From positions 576,001 to 640,000 of the forward strand of contig CBDHDG010000007.1 in assembly GCA_965261595.1 (NCBI GenBank): 64,000 nucleotides of DNA, in the 5' to 3' direction. Source of the stretch: a bacterium (lineage in GTDB: Bacteria > UBA8248 > JACPRG01 > G963555815). Positions 19,877-30,350 of the stretch are shown here, in pieces. The notes under the pieces were generated by a model. It had not been told where the DNA came from. It saw nothing but the letters and a program-made list of their open reading frames with translations, and did no database searches. Every line of letters begins with the position of its first letter. Position 1 is the stretch's first letter. The translations under genes were made by a program, and so were the position numbers.

Positions 19877-21601
19877 GTGGCGGCCGTCCGGCATTCTCAA
19901 CCCCCTCCAAAACCGAAATCGGATGTTTCCTCCGCCGACGCCGACGCGTTCCGCCGGCTCCGGTGGGAGCGTCTCGCGCAAATCGCCTCTCAAGACTTCA
20001 AGGTGAAGCTGGACTTCGGACCCGGGCACGGGACCGACGGGTCACGGGTCAGCATCCAAAAAGAGGCCAACGCCCTCGCCGAGCGGGGAGAGACCCTCCA
20101 CGAATCGGCCCACCTCTTCGCGGGCAGCGCGCGCGGAAGCCGGCGGGCCGCCGGCCTGTCGGCGGGCCGCCCCGCCGCCGAAGCCCTGGCGATCCACCTG
20201 ATCTGGCACGCGCTCGAAGACGCGCGCGCGGAAAACATCTTCCTCGATCGCTACCCCGGCGCGGACGCCTTTCTGGAGGTGCGCGCGGATAACGATTCCC
20301 GAAGAGACGCCGAGCTGGGAGCGCTCCATCTCCTGGTCCGTCTGGCGTGGGGGATGTACCGCGCCGGGAGAGGGAAGGGGGCCGGCGGCCTGGATGAAGA
20401 CACCCGCCTGGCCCTCGGGATCGTCGGCCCCCTGGTGGAGCGGGCGGCCGCCTGTGAAAACCCGGAGGAGGTCGCCGACACCGCACTGGAAATCTTCCGA
20501 CGTTGCGCGTCTTTCTTCGAGTTGTCCGAACAAGCGCTTTCCGCCCGGGGCGAGCCCCCCGCCACCTCCGGCGCCGAGGACGGCGCGGAAGTCCGATTCG
20601 AAGACGGGGCCGCGGAATATTCCGAAGAGGATGAGGTGGATGGGGAGATGCTCCTCGGCATGGCGCCGGAGGAGCTGGCGAACCTGAGCTTCACGGGTAG
20701 TCCCCGGCTGGACGGGGATTCCCGGCCGAAGGAGATCCATCCCGACGCCCTGGCCCCGGACGAGCGGACCATCGTCCTGCCGCCCGGGGGGCGATTGGAC
20801 GAGTACCAGGACATCCTCTCGGAGGCCGGCAGCCAGGTCCGCGTCATGGTCCAGAGGCTCCAGCGGGTGATTCGCGAGCGGCAGCACGTCCGGTACGCCG
20901 GGGCCTACCGATCGGGGAAGCTGAACCTGGCGAAACTCTGGAAGCAGCGGACCGGAGATTACCGGCTGTTCCAACGGAAGGTCGAGCCGGACCACCTGGA
21001 CGTGGCCTTCTCGCTCCTGGTGGATGAGAGCGGCAGCATGAACCGAAAGAAGAAATTCCTCGTGGCCCGCCGGGCGTCCGTCCTCTGCGCCGAGGCCCTG
21101 GACGGAATCTCGGTCCCCTTCGAAATCATCGGATACTCGACCGAGGCCTCCGAGGCCGTGATGGCCCACAACTGCGGCCACGTCCCGGTGTTCCAATATC
21201 GCCACATCCGACACAGCCGTCTCCAGCACCGGCTCTACAAGACGTTCGACGATTCATTCCGGGCCGTGAGGACACGGCTCGTCCACATCGCGCCCCGGTT
21301 CAACAACTGGGACGAAGAGCACTTGGCGTTCGCCGCGCGCCGCATGGCGGGACGGCCGGAAAACGCCAAGGTCATCATCATCATCTCGGACGGCCAACCC
21401 AACGGGAGCGCGCACAAACTGATCGAGGAGGTGGGGGAGCTGGACCGGCGCGGTTACCGAATCATCGCCGTGGGGATCGAAGACGATTACGTCCGGGAGA
21501 TCTATCCGAACCACGTGGTGGTCGAGGACATGGCTCAGCTCGCGGCGGAGCTGATCGCCCTCCTGGAGCGGGAGCTTCTGGGCCGGCGGGGGCGGAGGTG
21601 A
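19877..21601 (+). CDS. VWA-domain partner protein (NorD/CbbO/CobT-like)
   Basis: N-terminal LHESAH and LEDARAE, acidic linker, MIDAS DESGS, ISDGQP; GTG start inferred. Confidence 0.85.
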   Translation: MAAVRHSQPPPKPKSDVSSADADAFRRLRWERLAQIASQDFKVKLDFGPGHGTDGSRVSIQKEANALAERGETLHESAHLFAGSARGSRRAAGLSAGRPAAEALAIHLIWHALEDARAENIFLDRYPGADAFLEVRADNDSRRDAELGALHLLVRLAWGMYRAGRGKGAGGLDEDTRLALGIVGPLVERAAACENPEEVADTALEIFRRCASFFELSEQALSARGEPPATSGAEDGAEVRFEDGAAEYSEEDEVDGEMLLGMAPEELANLSFTGSPRLDGDSRPKEIHPDALAPDERTIVLPPGGRLDEYQDILSEAGSQVRVMVQRLQRVIRERQHVRYAGAYRSGKLNLAKLWKQRTGDYRLFQRKVEPDHLDVAFSLLVDESGSMNRKKKFLVARRASVLCAEALDGISVPFEIIGYSTEASEAVMAHNCGHVPVFQYRHIRHSRLQHRLYKTFDDSFRAVRTRLVHIAPRFNNWDEEHLAFAARRMAGRPENAKVIIIISDGQPNGSAHKLIEEVGELDRRGYRIIAVGIEDDYVREIYPNHVVVEDMAQLAAELIALLERELLGRRGRR

Positions 21602-21700
21602 GGCCGGCGGCGATGCATGCCCCGCGGCGGCCGGATGACCGCCCCGCCCCCAGCAATCCGATTGTGAAGCGGGGCCTCAAACGTTACGGAGTGACGCACG

Positions 21701-22825
21701 ATGATCCGGTCTGAAAGCGAGCTTCAAGAAAGCAATACGACACTCATCCTCAGCGAGCGGGACGTTCAAAGCCTCTTCGAGGGGATGACCGAGGCGGAGG
21801 TTGTCGCCGGGGCCACCGATTGGATAGAGCGGGCCTTCATCGAGCAGGCCGGCGGAGACCTCCGGCTTCACCGCCGGGTGCACGTGGATTACCCGGAAGG
21901 CCGGGGTTACGAGGACGGATCGGTCATTCGCATCCTCCCCTGCATCCTCCCCGGCCTGGGCGTCGCCGCCTTCCGGGCCTACCCGGACCACCACGGCGGC
22001 CGGGTGCTCGACCCATCGAGGAAAGCGGAGGACATCGATTACCGGATGGGGTCGGAGCTTCTCGTCGTGTACGACTACGACAATGGGATGAAGCTGGTCG
22101 CCATCATGAGTCATTATCTCCTGATGAACGCCCGGACGGCCGCGCCCACGGCGCTTTCGGTCCGCCATCTGGCCCGGGAGGATTCGCGCGTCTTCGGCTT
22201 CTTCGGCGCCGGCCGGCACGCGAGCGCGCAGATCAAATCCGTCCTGAACGAGCGGCCCGGGATTGAAGAGGTCCGGCTGTGCGGCCGGACGCCCGCCCGG
22301 CGCGACGCCCTGGCCGAGCGGCTTGCCGGGGGGGGGGAGGGGAAGGTCTCCCAGAAGATCGTCCCCGTGGATCGCCCGGAGGACGCGGTGAAGGGGTGCG
22401 ACATCGTCGTCACATGCACAAACGCCGGGAAGCCGGTCTTCGACGGGGAATGGATCGAGCCGGGAACCCACGTGACGCAGGTGGCGCGCGGCGAGATTGA
22501 CGCGACGACCGTCCGGCGCTCCCGGGTCTTCGCCGTCTGGAAAGACCAGATCCTTCACGATATTCCCCCCATGCAGCCGTTTGGAGACATGGTCGCGTCG
22601 GGCGAGCTGAAAGATGAGGACGTCTCCGAGCTCTCCGACGTCATCGCGGGCAAGGACCCCGGCCGCCGAAGCGGGGACGAAATCACCCTCTGCCCCACGC
22701 AGGGCATGGGCCTGTGGGACGCGGCGGTGGGGAAATGGGCCTACGGGCTGGCGGTCGAAAAGGGGGTCGGACAACCGTTCGTTTTCCGCAACGACCTGAC
22801 ATCCGGCCCCGGCGAATCCGTGTGA
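21701..22825 (+). CDS. Ornithine cyclodeaminase / mu-crystallin family protein
   Basis: RTAA, FGAGRHA, DIVVTCT, PGTHV, GRRSGDEIT, GMGLWDAA. Confidence 0.88.
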   Translation: MIRSESELQESNTTLILSERDVQSLFEGMTEAEVVAGATDWIERAFIEQAGGDLRLHRRVHVDYPEGRGYEDGSVIRILPCILPGLGVAAFRAYPDHHGGRVLDPSRKAEDIDYRMGSELLVVYDYDNGMKLVAIMSHYLLMNARTAAPTALSVRHLAREDSRVFGFFGAGRHASAQIKSVLNERPGIEEVRLCGRTPARRDALAERLAGGGEGKVSQKIVPVDRPEDAVKGCDIVVTCTNAGKPVFDGEWIEPGTHVTQVARGEIDATTVRRSRVFAVWKDQILHDIPPMQPFGDMVASGELKDEDVSELSDVIAGKDPGRRSGDEITLCPTQGMGLWDAAVGKWAYGLAVEKGVGQPFVFRNDLTSGPGESV

Positions 22826-22879
22826 TGCTGAAATGTGAGACCTGACCCCGCGCCGTGACCCGATAAGGAGGACTGGACC

Positions 22880-23173
22880 ATGTACGCACGCATGGTCATT
22901 TTCAATTTGGGGCCGGGGATGCGCACGATGGCGCAGACCCTGACCGAGGGAGCGAATGTTCTCTACAATGCACAAAAGGGATTCAAAGATATGACCTACT
23001 TCGGTGACGAAGGTGCGGGCGAATATGGGTCCTTCAGCATATGGGAGTCGAAGGAGGATGCCGAGGCCGCCGCCCGCGCCGTGAATCCGAAGATCGAGGA
23101 GGCCATGATCGGCGTCAGCCTGGGGCCTCCCAGGTTCCGGTTGTTTGAAGTGTTCAAGCCAAACGCGCCATAA
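22880..23173 (+). CDS. Small dimeric alpha+beta barrel (ABM-like) protein
   Basis: RBS AAGGAGG; MYARM...QKGFK...SIWESKEDAEA...FEV pattern. Confidence 0.65.
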   Translation: MYARMVIFNLGPGMRTMAQTLTEGANVLYNAQKGFKDMTYFGDEGAGEYGSFSIWESKEDAEAAARAVNPKIEEAMIGVSLGPPRFRLFEVFKPNAP

Positions 23174-23283
23174 AGCGGAGGGGGGAGAAAAGACTCCCGA
23201 CCCTTTTTCTCCCCCCTCCCTCCTCCCCTCCCCCCCGGTTGACCCTTGCCCGGAATGACAATCTTTGCCCCGCGGATACCGCG

Positions 23284-23313
23284 TTGACAAATTTCGGCCC
23301 CGCCGGATAGGCT
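23284..23313 (+). promoter_or_regulatory. Putative sigma70 promoter
   Basis: TTGACA-N18-TAGGCT upstream of 23481. Confidence 0.4.
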
Positions 23314-23480
23314 GAACGCCTTACACGCGGAAGCGGAATCGTCGCAGCTGTACGTCCTGCGCCGGAAAACATCCGCTCCGCCGTATTCAGCGGGATATTC
23401 CGATTCATTCTCAGCCACCCGATGGGCCCGGATCGCGGCGGAGAGGCGGCCGGGCACCGGGGGGAAAAGGAGGGGGTTCC

Positions 23481-25827
23481 ATGTCCACGGATTCAGTGAC
23501 CGGCGATTCCTCCACCCAAATCATCCGGACGATGTGCCGCAATTGTCACGGCGCGTGCGGGGTCTTTGTAACGGTCAAAGACGGCAAAGCCATCGACATC
23601 AAGGGCGACCCCGATTGTCCGAACAACCTGGGATATCTCTGCACCAAGGGCCGCTACTCGATCTCTTACTCCAACAGTCCCGACCGCATCACCCATCCCA
23701 TGAAACGCGTGGGTCCCCGGGGCTCGGGGGAGTGGGAGCGGGTCTCCTGGGAGGAGGCCTTGGACCTCTTGGAGAAGAAATGCAAGGACGCCATCCGGGA
23801 CTACGGCCCCGAGTACATCGGAAAGGCCTGCGGGACGGGCCGGGAGTGGAACAACTTCGGGAGCCGCTTCTTCAATTCCCTGGGAGCGGTCCTCAACGTG
23901 GGCCGCTCGCCCCTTTGCTACTTCCCCCGCGTGGCCGTCGCCAAGAGCACCCTCGGCGCCAAGATCCCCGTCGCCGACTACTACGGCTGGGGCGGGGAGT
24001 ATCCCAAGTGCGTCATGATGTGGGGAAACGATCCCCTCACCAACGCCGACGGGATGATCAGCAACCGACTGACGCCGACCATAAAGGGCGGGGCCCGGAT
24101 CATCCTCATCGATCCCCTCGAAACCCATTGGGCGAGACGGAACGACTGCTGCTGGCTCCAGATCCGCCCCGTGACGGACGGCGCCCTGGGCCTCGGCATG
24201 TTGAACGTCATCCTGACCGAGGGCCTTTACGACCGCCCCTTCGTCGAGCGCTGGACGAACGCCCCCTTCCTGGTCCGGGAGGACACGGGCGACCTCCTGA
24301 ACGCGGGCGAGGAGAAAGGGGAGGGGGGGGAGCCGAGATATCTCGTTTGGGACGCTGAAACCGGCGGCCCCTGTGCGCCGGATGACTCAAAGCGTCCGGC
24401 GCTTATGGGAACCTACCAGGTGGACGGGGTCTCGTGCGCCCCGCCTGGGACATCCTGCTTGAGCGGGTCCGGGAGTATCCCCCCGAGCGCGTCGCCGAAA
24501 TCTGCTGGGTTCCGGCCGAGAATATTGTCGAGGCCGCGCGCATCTTCGCCACAACCAAGCCGGCCGTCATCCAGTGGGGCAACGCCCTGGACGTCCAGGG
24601 GGTGAACAACTCTCAGACGATGCAGGCGGCCATTCTTCTCATGACCGTGACAGGCACAACCTGGACGTTCCGGGCGGGATGGCCATCTGGGAGCACGGCC
24701 CGTTCGTGGACCCCTTCGGCCCCGAGCACGAGCGGCCGGACCTGCTGCCCGAGAAATCCCGCGCGATGCTGGCCGATTACGGCGCGCGGGAGTTCCCCAT
24801 CCTCGGCATCACCCACGGCTCGCTGGTCAATAACGCCATCGTCGCGGACGAGCTGCCGGTCCAGGTGGTTTCATCATCGGGCACAACTTCCTCCTGACAG
24901 CCGAGGACACCGAGACGTGCCGCCAAGTCATGCACAAGATCCCCTTCTCGGTGACCTTCGACCTGTTCATGACGCCCACGGCCGCGCTGTCCGACCTGTT
25001 CCTGCCGGTGACGACGTGGCTTGAGCGCGACCAGCTCACGGCGCCCTACACCCGCTTCGGCCAGTTCGCGCGCTGCAAGGCGGTCGAGCCGCCCGGCGAG
25101 TGCCGCGACGACGAGGACATCCTCCTGGAGATGGCCCACCGCATGGGTCTCCACGAGGCCTTCCCTTGGAAGACTGTGGAGGAGTATTTCGACTGGCGGC
25201 TGGCCCGAACCCTTCCAGGATCTCAAGCGAGAGGGGCAGTACATCCACCCCCAGACCTACCGCAAACACGAGGGGGACCACTTCCGTAAGGGCGGCGGCT
25301 TCGCGACGCGGACGGGACGGGTCGAGGTGTTCCAGACGACCTTCAAAAAGCACGGCCACGACCCCTTCCCCTTCTACGTCGAGCCGGAAGAGGAGTCGCC
25401 GCACAACGCCGCGCTGTCCGAAGCGTATCCCTTCATCTCGACGACGCGGCGGACCGCCCACTTCTTCCATTCCGGGCACCACCAGGCGCCCGAGCTCCGG
25501 CGGCGCAATCCCGACCCCCTGGTGGAGATGAACCGCAAGGCGGCCGAGGACCTGGGCATCGGCGACGGCGACTGGGTCTGGATCGAAACCCCGAAGGGCC
25601 GCATCCGGCAGAAGGCCAAGCTGCTGGACGGGATCCACCCCCGGGTGATCTGCAACCAGCACGCCTGGTGGTACCCCGAGCGCGAGGGACCCGAGTACGG
25701 ACTCCGGGAGAGCAACCTGAACATGATCACCCGGAACGACCGGGGCCAAGGCTTCGATCCCATCTACGGCGGATCCCAGCTCCGGGGCTTTCTCTGCAAG
25801 GTCTACCGGGCGGAAGAGGCCCCCTGA
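23481..25827 (+). pseudogene. Mo/W-bisPGD oxidoreductase (DMSO reductase family) with four frame breaks
   Basis: CRNCHGAC...C 4Fe-4S motif, WERVSWEEALD, FMTPTAALSDLFLP, FFHSGH, GIGDGDWV; breaks near 24438, 24656, 24868, 25210; no Tat signal. Confidence 0.85.
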
Positions 25828-25847
25828 GGGGCGGGGGAGCCGTTTGG

Positions 25848-25992
25848 ATGGATCGCGCCGAACCGCCGGCAAAGGACGCTCGGGTTCATCAAGCTGGTCG
25901 GGATCGAGGGCTTCGAGAATCACCACCCCTTCCAGCTCTCGGGCGGGATGCGGCAGCGGGCTTCTATTTTCCGGGCCTTGATCCACGCCCCG
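25848..25992 (+). pseudogene. Fragment of a nitrate/sulfonate-type ABC ATPase
   Basis: Reads FIKLVGIEGFENHHPFQLSGGMRQRASIFRALIHAP, then cut by a REP element. Confidence 0.75.
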
Positions 25993-26109
25993 CCCTTACA
26001 CACGATTCCGCGATAGACATGTAGGGGCCGGGCGCGAGTCGTTGACTCCTGTACCGGCCCTTCCATGCGATCCGCGGATAGGTCATTGATAATATAGGGA
26101 TCAATAGCC
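25987..26109. repeat. GTAG-type REP/REPIN-like element
   Basis: Similar to 8051-8174. Confidence 0.75.
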
Positions 26110-26245
26110 GCCGGCTGAGGGGACGGAATGATTAAGGGCTTTCTTTTTTTCTTTCAGTGAGCCATGCGGGTTCACCCGGACGTTGCGTCCGGCGCGGGGG
26201 CCGGATAAGATACCCGACCCGTCGGATTCACGGAGAAAGATCAAG

Positions 26246-27112
26246 ATGGCGCTTCCTCCCTTCACACTGCACGACCCGGAATCGGCCCTCGACGCCTGCC
26301 GGATGCTCGGCGATTACGGCGACGACGGCGCGGCCATCGCGGGCGGCACGGCTGTGCTGATCCTGATGAAGAGCGGGCTCTACCGGCCGGCCCACCTGGT
26401 GAATCTCAAGGCCCTCGACACGCTCTCCGAAATCCGGTTCGATCCCCGAGCGGGCCTTCACCTGGGCGCGCTGGCGACGCATCGCGCCGTGGAGCGCGAT
26501 CCGGCCGTCCGGGAGCATTACCCTATCCTTTCGAGCACGTACGCCCGCGTGGCCAACGTCCGGGTGAGGAACAGCGCCACGGTCGGCGGCAACCTGGCCC
26601 ACGGCGATTTCCGGATCGATCCCCCGGCCCCCCTCATCGCCCTCGGCGCGAAGATCCACCTGATGGGGACCGGCGGAGAACGCGAGCTTCCCCTGGAGGA
26701 TTTCTTCACCGGCTTCTACGAGACGGCGAAAGCGGAGGGAGAGATCGTGACCGCCGTGACCGTGCCGCCCCCGCCGGCCGGCCTGGCCGGGACGTACCTG
26801 AAATACGTCGGAAACGCCGCGGCCGACTGGCCGACGCTGGGGACGGCGGTGATGCTCCGGACCACGAAGGGGGCGTGCGAAGACCTCCGGGTCGTCTTGA
26901 CCTCCGTGGCGGAAACGCCCGTTAAGGTCGCCGGCCTGGAAGAGCTGGCCTTCGGCCAAGCGTTGACCGAGGACCGGATCGAACAAATCGCCGAGGCCGC
27001 CGCCGCGCAGACCGACCCCATCGAAGACCACCGGGGGTCGGCCTGGTACAAGCGCGAGATGGTGAAGGTCCACGTGAGGCGGGGGATCGAGGCGCTGCTG
27101 GCGTCGAAGTAA
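26246..27112 (+). CDS. FAD-binding medium subunit, xanthine dehydrogenase/CoxM family
   Basis: IAGGT, VRNSATVGGNL, DHRGSAWYKREM. Confidence 0.92.
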   Translation: MALPPFTLHDPESALDACRMLGDYGDDGAAIAGGTAVLILMKSGLYRPAHLVNLKALDTLSEIRFDPRAGLHLGALATHRAVERDPAVREHYPILSSTYARVANVRVRNSATVGGNLAHGDFRIDPPAPLIALGAKIHLMGTGGERELPLEDFFTGFYETAKAEGEIVTAVTVPPPPAGLAGTYLKYVGNAAADWPTLGTAVMLRTTKGACEDLRVVLTSVAETPVKVAGLEELAFGQALTEDRIEQIAEAAAAQTDPIEDHRGSAWYKREMVKVHVRRGIEALLASK

Positions 27113-27231
27113 CGCCCTCCTCGGCCGGGCAGGATGCCCGGCCTACCGGTCGGTGGCTAGGGTCTTCAAACAGGTGAGGCGGGCATCTTGCCCGCCATCC
27201 CTTTGGCGACGATTTAGAGGATCCGAAAACG

Positions 27232-29580
27232 ATGGCCCAGGCAATCGTCGGACAATCCATCCCGCGGATCGACGGTCTCCCCAAGGTGACGGGCAACGCG
27301 CGATACATCGCGGACCTCTCCCTTCCGGGCATGCTCCACGCGGCCGTGATGCGGAGCCCGCACCCCCACGCCTTGTTGAAGAGGATCGACGCCGGCGAGG
27401 CCCGAAAAGTCCCCGGCGTGAAAGCCGTCCTCACCGGCCCGGACATCCTGAAGATGGAGGGGATCGACCCCTTCTACGGCCCGGCCTACAAAGACCAGCC
27501 CATCCTGGCCGTCGAGCGCGTCCGTCACGTGGGCGAGGCGGTCGCCGCCGTCGCCGCGGACACCCGCGAGGCGGCGGAGGAGGCCCTTTCGCTGGTCCGG
27601 GTCGAATACGAGCCGATTCCCGCCGTCCACACGGTGTTGGACGCCGTCCGGCCCGACGCCCCCCTCGTCCACGAGAACATCGTGCCGGCCAACACCTTCG
27701 CCGACCTGTCCAACCTGAAGGGCGGAAAGTCCAACATCAACTTTCATTTCAAGCTGCGCAAGGGCGACGCCGAGAAGGCCCTGAAGGAGGCCGCCGTCGT
27801 CTTCGAGGACGATTTCATCTCCCCCCCGGCCTCCCACGCCCACCTGGAGCCCCACGGGGTCCTCGCCCGGTGGGACGCGAACGGCAAGCTCACCCTCTGG
27901 TCGGGAACGCAGAGCCCCTCGCTGGTCCGCATCGACTTGGCGGGGATCTACGGCGTTCCCCTCAACCGGGTCCGGGTCATCGTGCCCTACCTCGGCGGCG
28001 CCTACGGCGGAAAGCTCTACGATAAGCTCGAGCCCATCACGACCCTCCTGGCCAAGGTGACCATGAGACCCGTGCGGTGGATCCTGAACCGGGAAGAGGT
28101 CTTCGTGACCACCTCCAAGCATGGAGCGGTCTGCCGGATGCGAACGGGGGTTTCCACGGAAGGCAGGATCTCCGTCCGGAAGGTCGCCGTGTACTACGAC
28201 ACCGGGGCCTACGCGGAGGTCGGACCCCGCATCGCCTACAAGACCGGGTTCACGGCGGCGGGACCCTACCGGATCCCCAACGTCTGGATCGACTCCTACT
28301 GCGTTTACACCCACAAGACCCCCGCCGGTCCGTTCCGCGGCTTCGGCGTCCCCCAGGTGGCCTTCGCCTACGAGACCCACATGGAGAAGGTGGCCCACCA
28401 CCTGGGACGCGACCCGGTCGAGCTCAGACTGGAGTACGCCTACGAAGAGGGGGACTTCTTCGCCTCGGGAACAAAGCTCCACAGCCTGGGCCACAAGGAT
28501 TCGCTCATAAAATGCGCCGAGGCCATCGGCTGGACGCCCGGCCCCCGAAAACCCCCCTCATCGCTCCCCGCCCGGGGAAAGCGGCGCGGCAAGGGGTGCG
28601 CCCTCGGCCTCAAGTCCGTCCTCACGCCCTCCACGTCCGGGGCGATCCTGGAAATGGGAAGCGACGGAAGCCTGAACGTCCTCACCTCCGCTGTCGAGAT
28701 GGGGCAAGGCTCGGACACGATCTTCTGCCAGATCGCCGCCGAGGAGATGTGCGTGCCGTTCGAGAAGGTGGGCATCGTCGGGCCGGACACCGACATCACC
28801 CCCTACGACACCCTGACCGCGGGGAGCCGGTCCACGTTCCACGTCGGCCGGGCGATCCAACTGGCCGCCACCGACTTGAAGCGGCAGTTCATCGAGATCG
28901 GCGCCGAGGCGCTGGAGGTGAGCGAAGAGCAGATCGAGTTTCACGACGGCGGAGTCCGGGTCGTGGGCATGCCGAAACGCAATCTCACGCAGGGGGATAT
29001 CTTCACCCGGCGGTTCAAGGGCGCGAAGGGAACAACGCTCGTCGGACAGGGGGTCTGCCAGACCTCCGTCGCGCCCACCGACAAGGAAACCGGCCAGTCG
29101 GAGAACATGACGGCGTTCTGGTTCGGCGGGGCCTCCGCCGCGGAGGTCGAGGTGGACTGCGAGACGGGGACGGTTCAGGTGCTGAAGTTCGCCGGGGGCG
29201 CGGACGTGGGGAAGGCCATCCACCCCGCGCACTGCGACCAGCAGGTCGTCGGGGCCGCCATTACGACGCTGGGGTTGACGCTGTTCGAGTCGATGCGCTT
29301 CGAGCAGGGGCAGCTCACCAACGCCTCCTTCCTCGAATACATCCTCCAGGCGTTCGGCGACGTCCCCCGGGACCTCACTTCCCACATCCTGGAAACCCCC
29401 CACCGCGACGGCCCCTACGGCGCGAAGGGCGTCGGCGAGACGGGCACGATGTCGGCCATCCCGGCCGTGACCGCCGCCATTTTCGACGCGACGGGCGTCT
29501 GGATCCACGAAATCCCCATCACGCCGGAAAGCGTCCTGCGGGCGCTGCGCGGACACAACGGAGGCGGCGAGCGTCCATGA
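27232..29580 (+). CDS. Xanthine dehydrogenase-family molybdopterin-binding large subunit
   Basis: HAHLEPH, GGAYGGK, PFRGFG, EMGQG, GSRST, GAKGVGE. Confidence 0.93.
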   Translation: MAQAIVGQSIPRIDGLPKVTGNARYIADLSLPGMLHAAVMRSPHPHALLKRIDAGEARKVPGVKAVLTGPDILKMEGIDPFYGPAYKDQPILAVERVRHVGEAVAAVAADTREAAEEALSLVRVEYEPIPAVHTVLDAVRPDAPLVHENIVPANTFADLSNLKGGKSNINFHFKLRKGDAEKALKEAAVVFEDDFISPPASHAHLEPHGVLARWDANGKLTLWSGTQSPSLVRIDLAGIYGVPLNRVRVIVPYLGGAYGGKLYDKLEPITTLLAKVTMRPVRWILNREEVFVTTSKHGAVCRMRTGVSTEGRISVRKVAVYYDTGAYAEVGPRIAYKTGFTAAGPYRIPNVWIDSYCVYTHKTPAGPFRGFGVPQVAFAYETHMEKVAHHLGRDPVELRLEYAYEEGDFFASGTKLHSLGHKDSLIKCAEAIGWTPGPRKPPSSLPARGKRRGKGCALGLKSVLTPSTSGAILEMGSDGSLNVLTSAVEMGQGSDTIFCQIAAEEMCVPFEKVGIVGPDTDITPYDTLTAGSRSTFHVGRAIQLAATDLKRQFIEIGAEALEVSEEQIEFHDGGVRVVGMPKRNLTQGDIFTRRFKGAKGTTLVGQGVCQTSVAPTDKETGQSENMTAFWFGGASAAEVEVDCETGTVQVLKFAGGADVGKAIHPAHCDQQVVGAAITTLGLTLFESMRFEQGQLTNASFLEYILQAFGDVPRDLTSHILETPHRDGPYGAKGVGETGTMSAIPAVTAAIFDATGVWIHEIPITPESVLRALRGHNGGGERP

Positions 29581-30044
29581 GAACCATCGAGCTGACGGTC
29601 AACGGCGCGCGCGAGACCCTCCAGGTCGAAGACCAGGCCCTGCTGCTGGACGTCCTGCGGGATAAGCTGTTTCTCACGGGAACGAAAGAGGGCTGCTCTG
29701 TGGGGGCCTGCGGGACGTGCACGGTCCTCATCGACGGGGGGCCCGTGAGCTCCTGCCTCACCCTGGCGGCGCAGCTCCGCCCGGACCAGGAAGTCACGAC
29801 CATCGAGGGCCTGCCCAAAGACGGCAAGCTGGACCCGGTGCAGGAGGCGTTCCTCGAAGAGGCGGCCTTCCAATGCGCCTTCTGCACGCCCGGGATGATC
29901 CTGGCGGTGAAGGCCATGCTCTCGGAAATCCCGAACCCCTCGGAAGAAGAGACTCGCGAGTATCTCCTCGGCAACTACTGCCGCTGCGGCGCGCACAAGG
30001 AAATCCTCAAAGCCGTCCAATCAGCGGCGGGAAAAACCACATAA
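29577..30044 (+). CDS. (2Fe-2S)-binding small subunit
   Basis: GTKEGCSVGACGTCTV, FQCAFCTPG, GNYCRC; ATGA overlap. Confidence 0.93.
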   Translation: MRTIELTVNGARETLQVEDQALLLDVLRDKLFLTGTKEGCSVGACGTCTVLIDGGPVSSCLTLAAQLRPDQEVTTIEGLPKDGKLDPVQEAFLEEAAFQCAFCTPGMILAVKAMLSEIPNPSEEETREYLLGNYCRCGAHKEILKAVQSAAGKTT

Positions 30045-30056
30045 CAGAAAAAATCT

Positions 30057-30338
30057 TGGGGGACATTTTGAAAACGGTCCCCCAAACCCCCCGAGGACTT
30101 TCATTTCGCGAAAGAGGGCGGCCCTTACGGGCCGCCCTCTTTCGCAAGGTCAATGGTCGAGTGCGTTGGCTAACAGGCTTGCGTCGCGCCTGTCGACTTA
30201 ATCGATCCGGGTTCTTTGGCCGCGCCCAGCAGATGAACTGAAACCCCCTTACTTTCAAGCGCGGGAAGGGCCGGGCCTTCGGCCCGGCCGCAGAAAGTTT
30301 TCGAGGGGGTCTGGGGGACAGTTTTCAAAATGTCCCCC
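30057..30338. repeat. Modular hairpin repeats between convergent genes
   Basis: Two inverted GGGGGACA-TTTT(G/C)AAAA-GTCCCCC units plus GC stems, same family as 11729-12069. Confidence 0.75.
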
Positions 30339-30350
30339 AGAAAGAGGTTT

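Noticed and set aside
23315..23480. Moco riboswitch upstream of the molybdoenzyme
   Set aside because: Could not recognise the conserved motif by eye; needs an Infernal scan
26246..30044. Aerobic CO dehydrogenase (coxMSL)
   Set aside because: The active-site loop is PFRGFG (AYRGFG in the first cluster), not AYxCSFR; substrate cannot be assigned
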